From positions 1,568,001-1,632,000 of the forward strand of contig OZ242376.1 of NCBI GenBank assembly GCA_965209085.1: 64,000 nucleotides of DNA, in the 5' to 3' direction. The notes beneath the pieces were generated by a model. It did not search any database. It saw nothing but the letters and a program-made list of their open reading frames with translations, and was not told the DNA's origin. The stretch comes from Nitrosopumilaceae archaeon. GTDB lineage: Archaea; Thermoproteota; Nitrososphaeria; Nitrososphaerales; Nitrosopumilaceae. Positions 30,889-40,433 of the stretch are shown in pieces. A program made the translations under genes and the position numbers. Each line of letters opens with the position of its first letter. Position 1 is the stretch's first letter.

Positions 30889-31243
30889 TATGATGGTGGT
30901 ACGTCGGATTTTCTAGTTGAGGATGCTCCATTGTGTCCCATCCGGCTTCCACCTTTGTTTGTGTCCGGATTGCGCGATTCTTGCTGCGTTTTTCTGTCTT
31001 GGTTTTTTTCTGATTTTATTTTTTCCCATATTGCCTTGTTTGATGACGGTAATGCACCAGGGCTTTCATACCGTTGGAGCCTAAGATTCCATGGTCTTTT
31101 TGTATAGCAAACTCTGCAATCTATAATTCTAGAGAATAGTTTTTGGTAAATTGTTTTTGAATCAGTTCATCTTTTTTACGATCCTGTTCTATCAATCGGG
31201 CCACTTTTACTCTTAGCAGGGAAGTCTCGGTTTTGTTAGGCAT
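30889..31243 (-). pseudogene. IS66-family transposase N-terminal remnant
   Basis: A coiled-coil start, then RYESPGALPSS...KGGSRMGHNGASS, matching the YENxxTPPS...PGxxxGHxG pattern also seen at 57.5-57.7 kb. It contains a stop and a frameshift. Confidence 0.5.
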
Positions 31244-31373
31244 ATGATCCATTACGTTCCGTTATGGTAAATTTAGATCAGTATGATCAAATTGATTTGA
31301 GTGTGCGTGGGGGCTAGCCACATACCTGTACTAGAGCCGTTTGGCATATATGCCAAGGTGCATGTATCCGCGT

Positions 31374-31892
31374 ATGAACTCGTGGATATTTTTTGCAGCA
31401 GCGGCATTATTTTTTATGCTCTCTCCAGTACAGGCGGATGCGCATTCTCTTTTCAATTCCGCCGAGGAGTTTATCGGCGGATATCGGGTACAGATAGCCA
31501 CGTTGCCTGAATTTCCCCAGATAAGTGAAAAATCCCAGATATTGCTGCGCATTACTGATACGGATTTTAACGAGGTTGAAGGATTCACCATAGGTTTGCG
31601 CGTCTTTCATGCCGGAGAGCAGATAAACGCGTGGATTCCTACATTTTACGATGGAAGTCACTGGGAAGGAAATTATGTCTTTGAGACTACCGGCAACCAC
31701 ATAGTTTACGTGGATTTGTACGATATGAGGGACGATGGTAAAACACTGACGTATACGTTTAACATCAGCACGCAAAGTCCGTTTGGCTACATCTTTATCA
31801 TTAGCATAACCATAGGTACAGTCATGCTTGCAATAGTTATTGGCATAGTTTATCTGCCAAAACGTATTCCAAAATTTATGCGCCGGACTTAG
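31374..31892 (+). CDS. secreted/membrane-anchored hypothetical protein next to the cox operon
   Basis: Signal peptide ending ADA-HS, an Ig-like beta region and a C-terminal TM helix. Confidence 0.7.
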   Translation: MNSWIFFAAAALFFMLSPVQADAHSLFNSAEEFIGGYRVQIATLPEFPQISEKSQILLRITDTDFNEVEGFTIGLRVFHAGEQINAWIPTFYDGSHWEGNYVFETTGNHIVYVDLYDMRDDGKTLTYTFNISTQSPFGYIFIISITIGTVMLAIVIGIVYLPKRIPKFMRRT

Positions 31893-32319
31893 GCGCACGC
31901 ACATCTATGCGAAATGCAAACAATACGGTAAGCAGAACCATTGCAAACAGCAGTATTCCTATGCCAAGATGAATTGACACTAAAACCGCATGCAGTAATG
32001 TATCAATTACCAACGCTCCAAGGGTTATCTGTGTTATTACAAGCCCGCATGCAAATGCGCTGGTAAAACGTATTCTGGTGTGAGTGTATGCTGATTTCCA
32101 GCTAAATACTGCAGTAGCTATAATCAGTGCGGAGGTTGTCACGGCGATAAACCTGTGTATCCATTCTACAAGAAACTCGTCATTGGGCAGCAATCCGCTG
32201 GGACATAAAGGCCATTCAGGACATGTCAGACCAAGACCCGCTGCTGAAATGTATCCGCCTATGAACATTAACGAATAAAGAACAATCAACGTTGCAAGTG
32301 CCAGATATTTAAAAGCCAA
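31876..32319 (-). CDS. ctaA: haem A synthase (short CtaA/COX15)
   Basis: Motifs GLTCPEWPLC, EWIHR and SIHLG. Confidence 0.88.
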   Translation of the reverse strand: MAFKYLALATLIVLYSLMFIGGYISAAGLGLTCPEWPLCPSGLLPNDEFLVEWIHRFIAVTTSALIIATAVFSWKSAYTHTRIRFTSAFACGLVITQITLGALVIDTLLHAVLVSIHLGIGILLFAMVLLTVLFAFRIDVRAPKSGA

Positions 32320-32321
32320 AT

Positions 32322-33263
32322 CTATTCAACTATAAACGAGCCCGTCATTCCCTGGGCTGCGTGTCCAGGTACTGTGCAAATATAGTAATATTCTCCTGGC
32401 GCTCCTGCCGTAAACGATACTGTTCCAGATTCTCCGGATTTTAGAGGATTTGTAACAGCTGCAATGGCAGAATCCCAAAGAACGTTGTTAAAATCTGACG
32501 GATCTGAGACTATGCCAAATGCGTGAAACGATACTCCCGTATTTGTTGCAGTAAAGGTCACATTATCACCAGAGTTTACCGTAAAGTCCGGATTGTTGCC
32601 GTCTTCGCCTGGCAGTGCGTTAAATGCCAGTGATCTAAAGTCATCAGATTCTACAAAGTTCACTTCAAAGTCGTGTGAAACGCCTGTCGGAGCAGAAGCC
32701 ATTGCCGGCTCTTCTGCTGCCGTGACCGTAATGGTTCCTTGCATTCCCTGTGCTCTATGACCTGGAACCGTACAAATGTAATAATAGGTGCCCTCTTTGG
32801 CGGCAATAAATTCAGATTGGCCTCTTTCTCCTCCCTTTAACGGGTTTGCCGCTGCGGCAATATCCGTGCCGGCAATTATGCTGGTAAAACCTTCCTCGTC
32901 GGCAGTTACACCAAATGCATGAAATGAGACGCCATCATTTACAACATCAAATTCTATCTTGTCACCTACTGCAACCGTAATGGACGGATTATTCTCCGGC
33001 TCTCCGGGCAGCGCGTTAAAAGCTAACGTCCTAAAGTCTGAAGATTCTATGAACGAGAGGGATATTGGCACTGTTTTGCCCGTTGCGACAGCGTTTTCTG
33101 TTACTTGATATGTCATATTTGCAGCTTCGGGCGGTATGGATATCCAATAGTCCCACATTCCAAAAAAGATGGCTCCGCCAGCTATGCAAATTCCAAGCAT
33201 TATGGCCATCATGCGGATCGTTCTGTCCGGAGATGTCCTGTAAATTTGATCTTGTCCGCTCAT
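32322..33263 (-). CDS. membrane-anchored blue (type 1) copper protein with two cupredoxin domains
   Basis: Duplicated HAFG...YYYICTVPGHxAQGM motifs. Confidence 0.9.
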   Translation of the reverse strand: MSGQDQIYRTSPDRTIRMMAIMLGICIAGGAIFFGMWDYWISIPPEAANMTYQVTENAVATGKTVPISLSFIESSDFRTLAFNALPGEPENNPSITVAVGDKIEFDVVNDGVSFHAFGVTADEEGFTSIIAGTDIAAAANPLKGGERGQSEFIAAKEGTYYYICTVPGHRAQGMQGTITVTAAEEPAMASAPTGVSHDFEVNFVESDDFRSLAFNALPGEDGNNPDFTVNSGDNVTFTATNTGVSFHAFGIVSDPSDFNNVLWDSAIAAVTNPLKSGESGTVSFTAGAPGEYYYICTVPGHAAQGMTGSFIVE

Positions 33264-33273
33264 GCCATTTCAC

Positions 33274-34800
33274 CTAATGATGCGGGTTTTTACTTTGGAA
33301 CGGATAATAGTATTTTCCGCCCAAGCCCCAGGGATCGTCTACGTTTGCCGGCTTGCCTTTGGCCGTGGAGTATATCATGTTGGCGAGGAATATTACCATG
33401 CTGATTCCTATTAGCATTGCACCCATGGTAATTACCTGGTTCATCACTATCCATTCGGGAATTGGCGGATAGTCATATACGCGCCGCGGCATTCCAAAGA
33501 GACCTAGCACGTGCTGTGTAAAGAATACCAAAATCGTTCCCACAAACGCAAGTATGAAATGAATTTTGCCCAGCCTTTCATGGTACATACGGCCTGTAAC
33601 ATAGGGGAACATGTAGTAGAGGTATCCTATTGAACCGAATGCTATCGTGCCCATTACAAACAGGTGAAAGTGTCCCACAACCCAGTACGAGTCGTGTGTT
33701 ACAAAGTCCAAAGGCATTGCACTGTTTACCACTCCACCGGCTCCTGCTGAGAAAAATAGTGCAATTCCGCCTATTGCCCACATCATGGGTGTTGCAAACT
33801 TTATGCGGCCATTCCACATTGTTGCCAAAAAGTTAAAGACGTGCATGGCAGAGGCTGGAACCGCCGCAAGCGTTCCCACCATGAAGACTGTTTTTTCCGT
33901 AAATGACATGCCGGTTGCATACATGTGGTGTGCCCAGGATGAAAATGCCACAATTGAGAGCAGTACAAATGCAAAGATTCCAGAGCTCTTGCTGTATATG
34001 GGTTTGCGTGAAAATCTTGGAATTATCTCGTACATCATTCCGATGGCAGGTATTACTAGCACATACACTTCAGGATGGAATGTAAACCAAAACAAGTGTG
34101 CATATGCTATAGGATCGCCGCCAAGTGCAGGATTGAAAAATCCGCTAGCTCCAAGTCTGTCAGTTAAGAGCATCAGCAATGCGGCTGCAAACGTAGGAAT
34201 TGCCACCAAAACTATCAGTGAAGAGGAAAGAAATGACCATGCAAGTAGCGGAACCTGCCCTATAGACATGTCCGGGTGTTTGCACTTTAGAATTGTAACG
34301 ATAAAGTTTATCGCGCCCAAAATGGAGGATATGCCCAGTATTTTTAATCCAAATATCCACATATCTGCTGCAGGACCTGGTGCGCTGATTATCGAATAGG
34401 GGGGGGTTGCATACCATGTAAAGTCCGCAAATCCAAGCCAAATGAGCGCGCCTGCAGGAGGTATCATCCAAAACGCAATTGCATTTAGCTTTGGATACGC
34501 CATGTCTTTGTATCTGACCATGATTGGAACGAAATAGTTTCCCACTGCGGAGGCAAACGGGAGTATAAACAGGAATATCAACGTGGTTCCATGAACTGTG
34601 AATATTCTGTTATAAGTCATCGAGTCTGCAATAAACTGCGATCCTGGAAGGAACAGTTCCAAGCGGATTATTAGAGCCAGTGATCCTCCCATGAACAAAA
34701 ATGCCAAAGATGTAATCAGATACAACAGGCCTATATCGGTATGATGCGTTGAAAACATGATCTGCCATATGGGTCTAGGTTTTGCAAGTTCCAGTGTCAT
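33274..34800 (-). CDS. coxA: haem-copper oxidase subunit I
   Basis: Motifs TVHGT, FWFTFHPEVYV, WAHHM, VVGHFH and GMPRR. Start at ATG 34800. Confidence 0.96.
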   Translation of the reverse strand: MTLELAKPRPIWQIMFSTHHTDIGLLYLITSLAFLFMGGSLALIIRLELFLPGSQFIADSMTYNRIFTVHGTTLIFLFILPFASAVGNYFVPIMVRYKDMAYPKLNAIAFWMIPPAGALIWLGFADFTWYATPPYSIISAPGPAADMWIFGLKILGISSILGAINFIVTILKCKHPDMSIGQVPLLAWSFLSSSLIVLVAIPTFAAALLMLLTDRLGASGFFNPALGGDPIAYAHLFWFTFHPEVYVLVIPAIGMMYEIIPRFSRKPIYSKSSGIFAFVLLSIVAFSSWAHHMYATGMSFTEKTVFMVGTLAAVPASAMHVFNFLATMWNGRIKFATPMMWAIGGIALFFSAGAGGVVNSAMPLDFVTHDSYWVVGHFHLFVMGTIAFGSIGYLYYMFPYVTGRMYHERLGKIHFILAFVGTILVFFTQHVLGLFGMPRRVYDYPPIPEWIVMNQVITMGAMLIGISMVIFLANMIYSTAKGKPANVDDPWGLGGKYYYPFQSKNPHH

Positions 34801-34845
34801 ATTAGTAACTGCCTCCGTGTGTAGATACAGCAATTAAAAGCGTTA

Positions 34846-35274
34846 TCATGTAGCAGGCTCCACGTACAGTTTGCCTCTCATGTTATAGTGTATCAGACCG
34901 CAGTATTCCCTGCATTGTATGTCATGCTCGCCCGGTTCGTTTGGTGCAAACCATACAGTATTGACGCGTCCTGGAACTGCATCCAAAAGCACCACGTAAT
35001 CGTGTATGTTGAAAGAATGTATGACATCAGTTGAAGTTATTTCAAATTTGTATGCCTCTCCAACTTTGACATGCAGCTCGCCAATCTCCTTTGTTCCATC
35101 CTCGTGCTCAAATGTCCAATACCACTGCTGACCGATTACTTTGATTACTTTGGCATCTTCTGGTATGTGCTCTACAAGTCTCTCAATGTTCCAAGCCTCA
35201 GCTCCCACCCAGACCAGCAATGCAACGACCACGGCGATGTATACCCATTCGGGCCAGTTTGAATGCCCGCCCAT
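34846..35274 (-). CDS. coxB: haem-copper oxidase subunit II (CuA domain, one TM helix)
   Basis: Motifs QQWYW, DVIHSF and CREYCGLIHYNM. Confidence 0.93.
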   Translation of the reverse strand: MGGHSNWPEWVYIAVVVALLVWVGAEAWNIERLVEHIPEDAKVIKVIGQQWYWTFEHEDGTKEIGELHVKVGEAYKFEITSTDVIHSFNIHDYVVLLDAVPGRVNTVWFAPNEPGEHDIQCREYCGLIHYNMRGKLYVEPAT

Positions 35275-35276
35275 TA

Positions 35277-35564
35277 TTACCAGTTTCCCTTTCCTTCGTA
35301 TTCTGTAGGTTTTGCATGCGGATTAGATTCCCTAAATCTCCAGCAAAGCCACACAATGGTTCCAGATACGATAGCACCGATGGTAAATGCAACCACCATC
35401 ATTCTAAAAAATAGATTCCATATCTCAGCCTTGCGGTCAAGATATTCTCCTGGCTCATCTCCAGCACCAAATACGTCCGAAGGGGTAGTTATTATGATTA
35501 AAGATGCCAGCGTTGCATACAGGATTGATACGGTTTTAAGCAATTTCTCAAATTGAGTCATCAA
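35277..35564 (-). CDS. small membrane protein, probable N-terminal part of a split oxidase subunit II
   Basis: A signal-like region, then EIWNLF-TM-WRFRE, resembling COX2 helix I. It ends 2 nt before coxB. Confidence 0.65.
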   Translation of the reverse strand: MMTQFEKLLKTVSILYATLASLIIITTPSDVFGAGDEPGEYLDRKAEIWNLFFRMMVVAFTIGAIVSGTIVWLCWRFRESNPHAKPTEYEGKGNW

Positions 35565-35975
35565 ATATTTCTATTTAAGGGTTTTGAGATACAGGCGTAA
35601 TAAAATGTCAAATTGAAAATGAAGCCGCATGCGATCCAAGTTACCGTTGTTTTTGATAAATGTGTTTTTGTAATTTGTATATGATTCAGTACTGAGAATT
35701 CAATTGCATATCTGCAAGTATGCAGCTTTGACGGATCGTGGCAGTATCTGATCTGTTGCGATATGAACAGGATTTTTTCATGATCTATAGCAAGAGTACG
35801 GTCTGCCATGCGTGGTTGCATCTACAATGTTCATGCCGTATAATCTGCCTATGAAATGTAATTTTTTGCCATGATGATATGGGTATGGTCAGGCGTGTCT
35901 GCAATATCTTATCTTGTATGAAATTTCAAACGAGTTAGGTTTAATTAATAAAAAAAACGGCGTACATGATGTAAG

Positions 35976-36887
35976 ATGATTACAATAATAGGAGCAGGAA
36001 AAGTGGGCGGAGATGCGGCAATGTTCTGCGCGCTACGGAATTTAGGGGATATTTTGCTGCTAGACATTGTGGACGGTCTGCCACGTGGCGAGGCCATGGA
36101 CATAAACCAAATGCTCTCAGAGCGCGGCATCGATTCAGAGGTGCAAGGTTCGACGGATTATTCAGAGATGAAAAATTCAGACATAGTGGTGGTTGTAGCC
36201 GGATCTCCAAGAAAACCCGGCATGACTAGAATGGATCTTTTAAAGATAAACTCGTCCATCGTAAGCAATGTTGCCGGTAAGATAAAACAATACGCTCCGG
36301 ATTCAGCCATAATACCCGTTACAAACCCGCTTGATCCAATGGTATACGCCACATACAAGGCATCAGGCTTTGAGAGGAAAAAAATAATAGGCATGGGAGG
36401 GATGCTAGATTTGTCACGCTTTAGACAGTACATACACAAAGCTACTGGAAAATCAAGGGATTCGATACGTGCAATGGTAATAAGCGAGCACGGTGAACAA
36501 ATGTTGCCGCTTACAAGATACGCGTCAATCTCAGGTATTCCGCTTCGATCCTTTTTGTCCGACGAAAAGCTTTCCCAGATAGTTGATGAGACAAAAAAAT
36601 CTGCCGCAAAGATTATAGAATTAAAAGGTGCAACCGTGCACGCCCCAGGAAACGCCATATCGGCAATTGCCGATTCCATATTAAACGACAAAAGACAGCT
36701 TGTTCCAGTTTCAGCCTGTCTTGATGGCCAGTACGGACACTCGGACGTGGCAATAGGCGTTCCGGCAGTGATCGGCAGTGAGGGCATACATGAAATTGTA
36801 GAGTTGGATCTTGATGATGCTGAAAAAACAGTTTTTGATGCCGGCGTTGCCAACGTAAAAAACGCCATAAAATCAATGGAGATTTAG
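35976..36887 (+). CDS. mdh: malate dehydrogenase (LDH-like)
   Basis: Motifs [31 protein letters not shown] and EHGE. Confidence 0.93.
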   Translation: MITIIGAGKVGGDAAMFCALRNLGDILLLDIVDGLPRGEAMDINQMLSERGIDSEVQGSTDYSEMKNSDIVVVVAGSPRKPGMTRMDLLKINSSIVSNVAGKIKQYAPDSAIIPVTNPLDPMVYATYKASGFERKKIIGMGGMLDLSRFRQYIHKATGKSRDSIRAMVISEHGEQMLPLTRYASISGIPLRSFLSDEKLSQIVDETKKSAAKIIELKGATVHAPGNAISAIADSILNDKRQLVPVSACLDGQYGHSDVAIGVPAVIGSEGIHEIVELDLDDAEKTVFDAGVANVKNAIKSMEI

Positions 36888-37868
36888 TTAGTCCGAATAC
36901 ACGGGTTTTATCAGGTCGGCAATATCATTCCACGTCTTTTCTATGCGTTCAAAAAGATACAGCAGATCAAGATAATCCACAGAAACTTTTTTTTCCGATC
37001 CCAGTGAAGTGTGAAGGTGTTGCATTCTTTTCTCAAACTGTTTGTGCTGTGCTATTGCCACAATGGCAGCCTTGCGGTCGCTTCCAACAAAGGCGTCAAT
37101 AACGCTTTTCCCCATGTCTGAAAATTCCTCTGCAACTCCGTGTATTTTTTTAAGATATGCAGACGGTGTTGAGGTTCCATGCAGTTGAGATGCAAGCTGT
37201 ACTACCGTATCGCCGGCATCCTCCAAAAGATGTGCAGCTATTCTATAATCCAGTATGTCAATATTTTCCAGATTAAACGCGCTGTGGAGTCTTGTATCCA
37301 CCATGGTGCTTCTAACCAGTCTGACCAACAGGAAATACTGCCGGTTTACTTCATTGTCCCTGTTCTCCATTTTAAGCAGGTTTGAACGGTTTTTCTTCAA
37401 CAGGCAGACTGTTACATCATCAAACATTCCAAGTACAATGTTGCTCATACGTTTGAGTATTTTTTGGGGATTCAAAGTTGTAGCATCCATGAGAAACTGC
37501 ATGTCCACAGTTGCAGCATCCTCTTCCACAATCTCCATGCCCACCAGCCGCCTCATGGAGCTGCGAATTTTTTCGCGTTCATCAGCTGGTATGGCTAATT
37601 TTGATCGTATCTTTATCATATCATAACCTAAAAGATATGCCCCGGTAATCGAAGCTGCTATATTTTCATCCTTTACCGGCGGATACTGGATTTCAATTTC
37701 ACTCAAAGGTCCGGTTCTAGTCCCTACCGTAATTGATACTGAATTTATTCCAGTCTCCACGTCAACTTCGGAATTTTTTTCAAGACCAAGTTTATCCACC
37801 CAAGCTTTAGGCAGTGAAACCATCGTAGTGCTCCCTATTCGTTGCAGGCGTCTGACATATTTAGTCAA
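36888..37868 (-). CDS. second AbrB-PhoU regulator
   Basis: Motifs RRLQRIGSTTMVSLPKAW, DNEVNRQYF and LEDAGD. Confidence 0.88.
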   Translation of the reverse strand: MTKYVRRLQRIGSTTMVSLPKAWVDKLGLEKNSEVDVETGINSVSITVGTRTGPLSEIEIQYPPVKDENIAASITGAYLLGYDMIKIRSKLAIPADEREKIRSSMRRLVGMEIVEEDAATVDMQFLMDATTLNPQKILKRMSNIVLGMFDDVTVCLLKKNRSNLLKMENRDNEVNRQYFLLVRLVRSTMVDTRLHSAFNLENIDILDYRIAAHLLEDAGDTVVQLASQLHGTSTPSAYLKKIHGVAEEFSDMGKSVIDAFVGSDRKAAIVAIAQHKQFEKRMQHLHTSLGSEKKVSVDYLDLLYLFERIEKTWNDIADLIKPVYSD

Positions 37869-37932
37869 TTTATACCAATTTATATTATTTAATACATATT
37901 CTTATATTTTTCTAAAAATTTAAACCCAAATC

Positions 37933-38844
37933 ATGATGGCAGAGGCATTTTGTCCAGCACACCTGACTGGATTCTTTACGGTCAGGAAAAATGACAATAT
38001 TCAAAAGACCGGTTCCATGGGTGCCGGGTTTTCCATACGGCTGGGCGTTAACACCAGTGTCAAAATTGGGTCTGGCGCAAGCTCGAATACAGAAATTATG
38101 GTTTTTGGATACTCGTCTCCAAATACGCACGTATCTGAGAATATAGTAAGAGCATACCGCGAAAAATTCAAGATTGGTCCTCTCCGAATACTCCACGAGA
38201 TAAAAGTGCCCGTCGGATACGGTTTTGGATGCAGTGCGGCAGTGGCACTCTCATTATCCATGGCACTCAATGCAGCCCTTGGATCGCCGTTGACAAAAGA
38301 AGAGGAGGCAGGTATCGCACACAAAGCTGAGATAGAATGCAAGACAGGATTAGGCGATGTTTTAGCAGCATATCATGGAGGATTTGAAATGAGATACCGT
38401 GCCGGAGCTCCTGGAATCGGCATGGTTGAAAAGATCAAAGATAATCCAAGCATAGTGATTGCATGCTTTGCTCCAATATCCACTGAGAAATTTATTTCTG
38501 AAAAAATGGACAGTATAAACGGTCTTGGCGGAAAAATGCTTGAAAAGCTTGCAGGATCCAAAGACCGCGTTGCAGATTTTCAAGACATGTCACTGGAATT
38601 TGCCGAACACATCGGCTTGATGACTCCAAATATTAAAAAAACATCGGATGCATTGCGCAAAGCCGGCATAAAATGCGGGGTTGCGTTGTTTGGGGAAACC
38701 GTTTTTGCAATGGTTGATTCAGACACTGAAAAATCCGCAATCAACATTTTAGAAAATTTCAAAGGATGTCAGATAATAAAATCCCGCATAGACATGAACG
38801 GGGCAAGACTACAGACGGTTGCGCCGGTGATCACTGGTGGTTAA
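37933..38844 (+). CDS. pok: pantoate kinase (GHMP)
   Basis: Motifs PAHLTGFF, GSMGAG, PVGYGFGCSAA and TGLGDV. Lies in a CoA operon. Confidence 0.9.
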   Translation: MMAEAFCPAHLTGFFTVRKNDNIQKTGSMGAGFSIRLGVNTSVKIGSGASSNTEIMVFGYSSPNTHVSENIVRAYREKFKIGPLRILHEIKVPVGYGFGCSAAVALSLSMALNAALGSPLTKEEEAGIAHKAEIECKTGLGDVLAAYHGGFEMRYRAGAPGIGMVEKIKDNPSIVIACFAPISTEKFISEKMDSINGLGGKMLEKLAGSKDRVADFQDMSLEFAEHIGLMTPNIKKTSDALRKAGIKCGVALFGETVFAMVDSDTEKSAINILENFKGCQIIKSRIDMNGARLQTVAPVITGG

Positions 38845-39604
38845 AATTCCAAAAACGCATCCGCGTGCAGCATCACTTTTAATCCGTCAAAAGCTTCTCA
38901 AAGGTTTTGATGCAGGGCTTGTCGCAAAAGAAGGACTTTTTGCGCACGGAAGGGGCGAGGCATTTGACTATATGTTTGGGGAGAAAAGCAGCGTTGAATC
39001 AAAAAAAGCCTGCCGTGCAGCAGCTGCCTCACTGCTTTATGCCTCAAATCCGGTCATATCCGTGAATGGTAATGTCGCAGCCCTGTGTGGAAAAGAGGTG
39101 GTTGCCCTCTCAAAGGTTTCGGGGGCAAAATTAGAGGTAAACATCTTTTATTCAGGCATGGATAGGAGAGAGAAAATAGCAAAAACACTGATGCATCATG
39201 GGGCAAAAAATGTCCTAGGTGCAGATATGGTTAATTCTGCCCGGTTGCGCAAAATAGGTTCAGCCCGTTCGATGGTGGATAAGCGCGGAATCGCAGCATC
39301 GGATTTGGTGCTTGTTGCACTAGAAGACGGAGATAGAACATCAGCTCTCAAAGCTGCAGGCAAAACCGTCATTGCCGTGGATTTGAATCCACTCTCAAGA
39401 ACGGCGCAGGATGCGGACATTACAATAGTGGACAATCTCACGCGAAGTACAATATTGCTTGCCGCACAGTGCAAATTATTATCCGGCCGCAGCAAACCTG
39501 CCTTGAAAAAAATTATAGACGAATTTGACAACAATGCGTGCCTTGCATCCGGCATAACAAGGGCAATGTCAGGATTAAAAAAGAGGGCGAAGAGTTTTGC
39601 ATAA
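38837..39604 (+). CDS. pps: 4-phosphopantoate--beta-alanine ligase
   Basis: Motifs HPRAASL, AHGRGEAFDY, SVNGN, LEDGDR and DLNPLSRT. Confidence 0.93.
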   Translation: MVKIPKTHPRAASLLIRQKLLKGFDAGLVAKEGLFAHGRGEAFDYMFGEKSSVESKKACRAAAASLLYASNPVISVNGNVAALCGKEVVALSKVSGAKLEVNIFYSGMDRREKIAKTLMHHGAKNVLGADMVNSARLRKIGSARSMVDKRGIAASDLVLVALEDGDRTSALKAAGKTVIAVDLNPLSRTAQDADITIVDNLTRSTILLAAQCKLLSGRSKPALKKIIDEFDNNACLASGITRAMSGLKKRAKSFA

Positions 39605-40433
39605 ATCCGTCAGGGACATTATAACTGTAAAAAATTCTGGAAAAAAATTAACCGCACTGACAAGTTTTGACTATACGCTTGCACGTATGTGCGATGCGGC
39701 AGGCACTGACATTCTGCTTGTAGGGGACAGCGCAGGTATGGTGGCTTTGGGATATGATGATACAACACGCGTTACGATGGATCAAATGTGTCTTTTTACA
39801 AATGCGGTAAGCCGTGCAAGGGAAAATGCGCTACTAGTTGCAGACATGCCTTTCATGTCATACCAGCCAGGATTGCAGGTTGCGCTGCAAAATGCCGGGA
39901 TGTTAGTAGCTGCCGGTGCTGATGCTGTAAAGTTAGAGGGGGGAGCGCACGTGGTGCCAATAGTGAAAGGATTAGTGGAGGCGGGAATACCCGTCATGGG
40001 TCATATTGGCGTGCAGCCTCAGACGGCTACGATGGATGGCGGGTATGCTGCGCGCGGCATGACAAAAGAGTCCGCACTTGGTTTGATTGGAGATGCAGAC
40101 ATGCTTGCACGGGCCGGAATATTTGCACTGACTTTGGAGATGGTCGCATCGCAGACGGCTGCCATCATAACTAGAAGAATTCCAGTTCCCACCATAGGCA
40201 TAGGATCAGGACCAGAATGTGACGGGCAGATCCTAGTCACGCACGATATGCTAGGCATGTATGAAAAGATCTCTCCCAGATTTGTCAAAAAATATCTTGG
40301 TAATCAAATAACAGATGCGCTACTCAAATACGGCGAGGAAGTACGTGGAGGTAAATTTCCCAGCGATGAGAATTCATACCAGATGGATGCATCAGAATTA
40401 AAAGAGCTGAACGAGGAGCTTGGCAAAAAATAA
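39597..40433 (+). CDS. panB: 3-methyl-2-oxobutanoate hydroxymethyltransferase
   Basis: Motifs LLVGDS, DMPF, VKLEGG, GHIG and IGIGSG. Confidence 0.96.
   Translation: MHKSVRDIITVKNSGKKLTALTSFDYTLARMCDAAGTDILLVGDSAGMVALGYDDTTRVTMDQMCLFTNAVSRARENALLVADMPFMSYQPGLQVALQNAGMLVAAGADAVKLEGGAHVVPIVKGLVEAGIPVMGHIGVQPQTATMDGGYAARGMTKESALGLIGDADMLARAGIFALTLEMVASQTAAIITRRIPVPTIGIGSGPECDGQILVTHDMLGMYEKISPRFVKKYLGNQITDALLKYGEEVRGGKFPSDENSYQMDASELKELNEELGKK

Noticed and set aside
35870-35910. ATGATGA as box C of a C/D sRNA
   Set aside because: No CTGA box D at a suitable distance and no recognisable guide.
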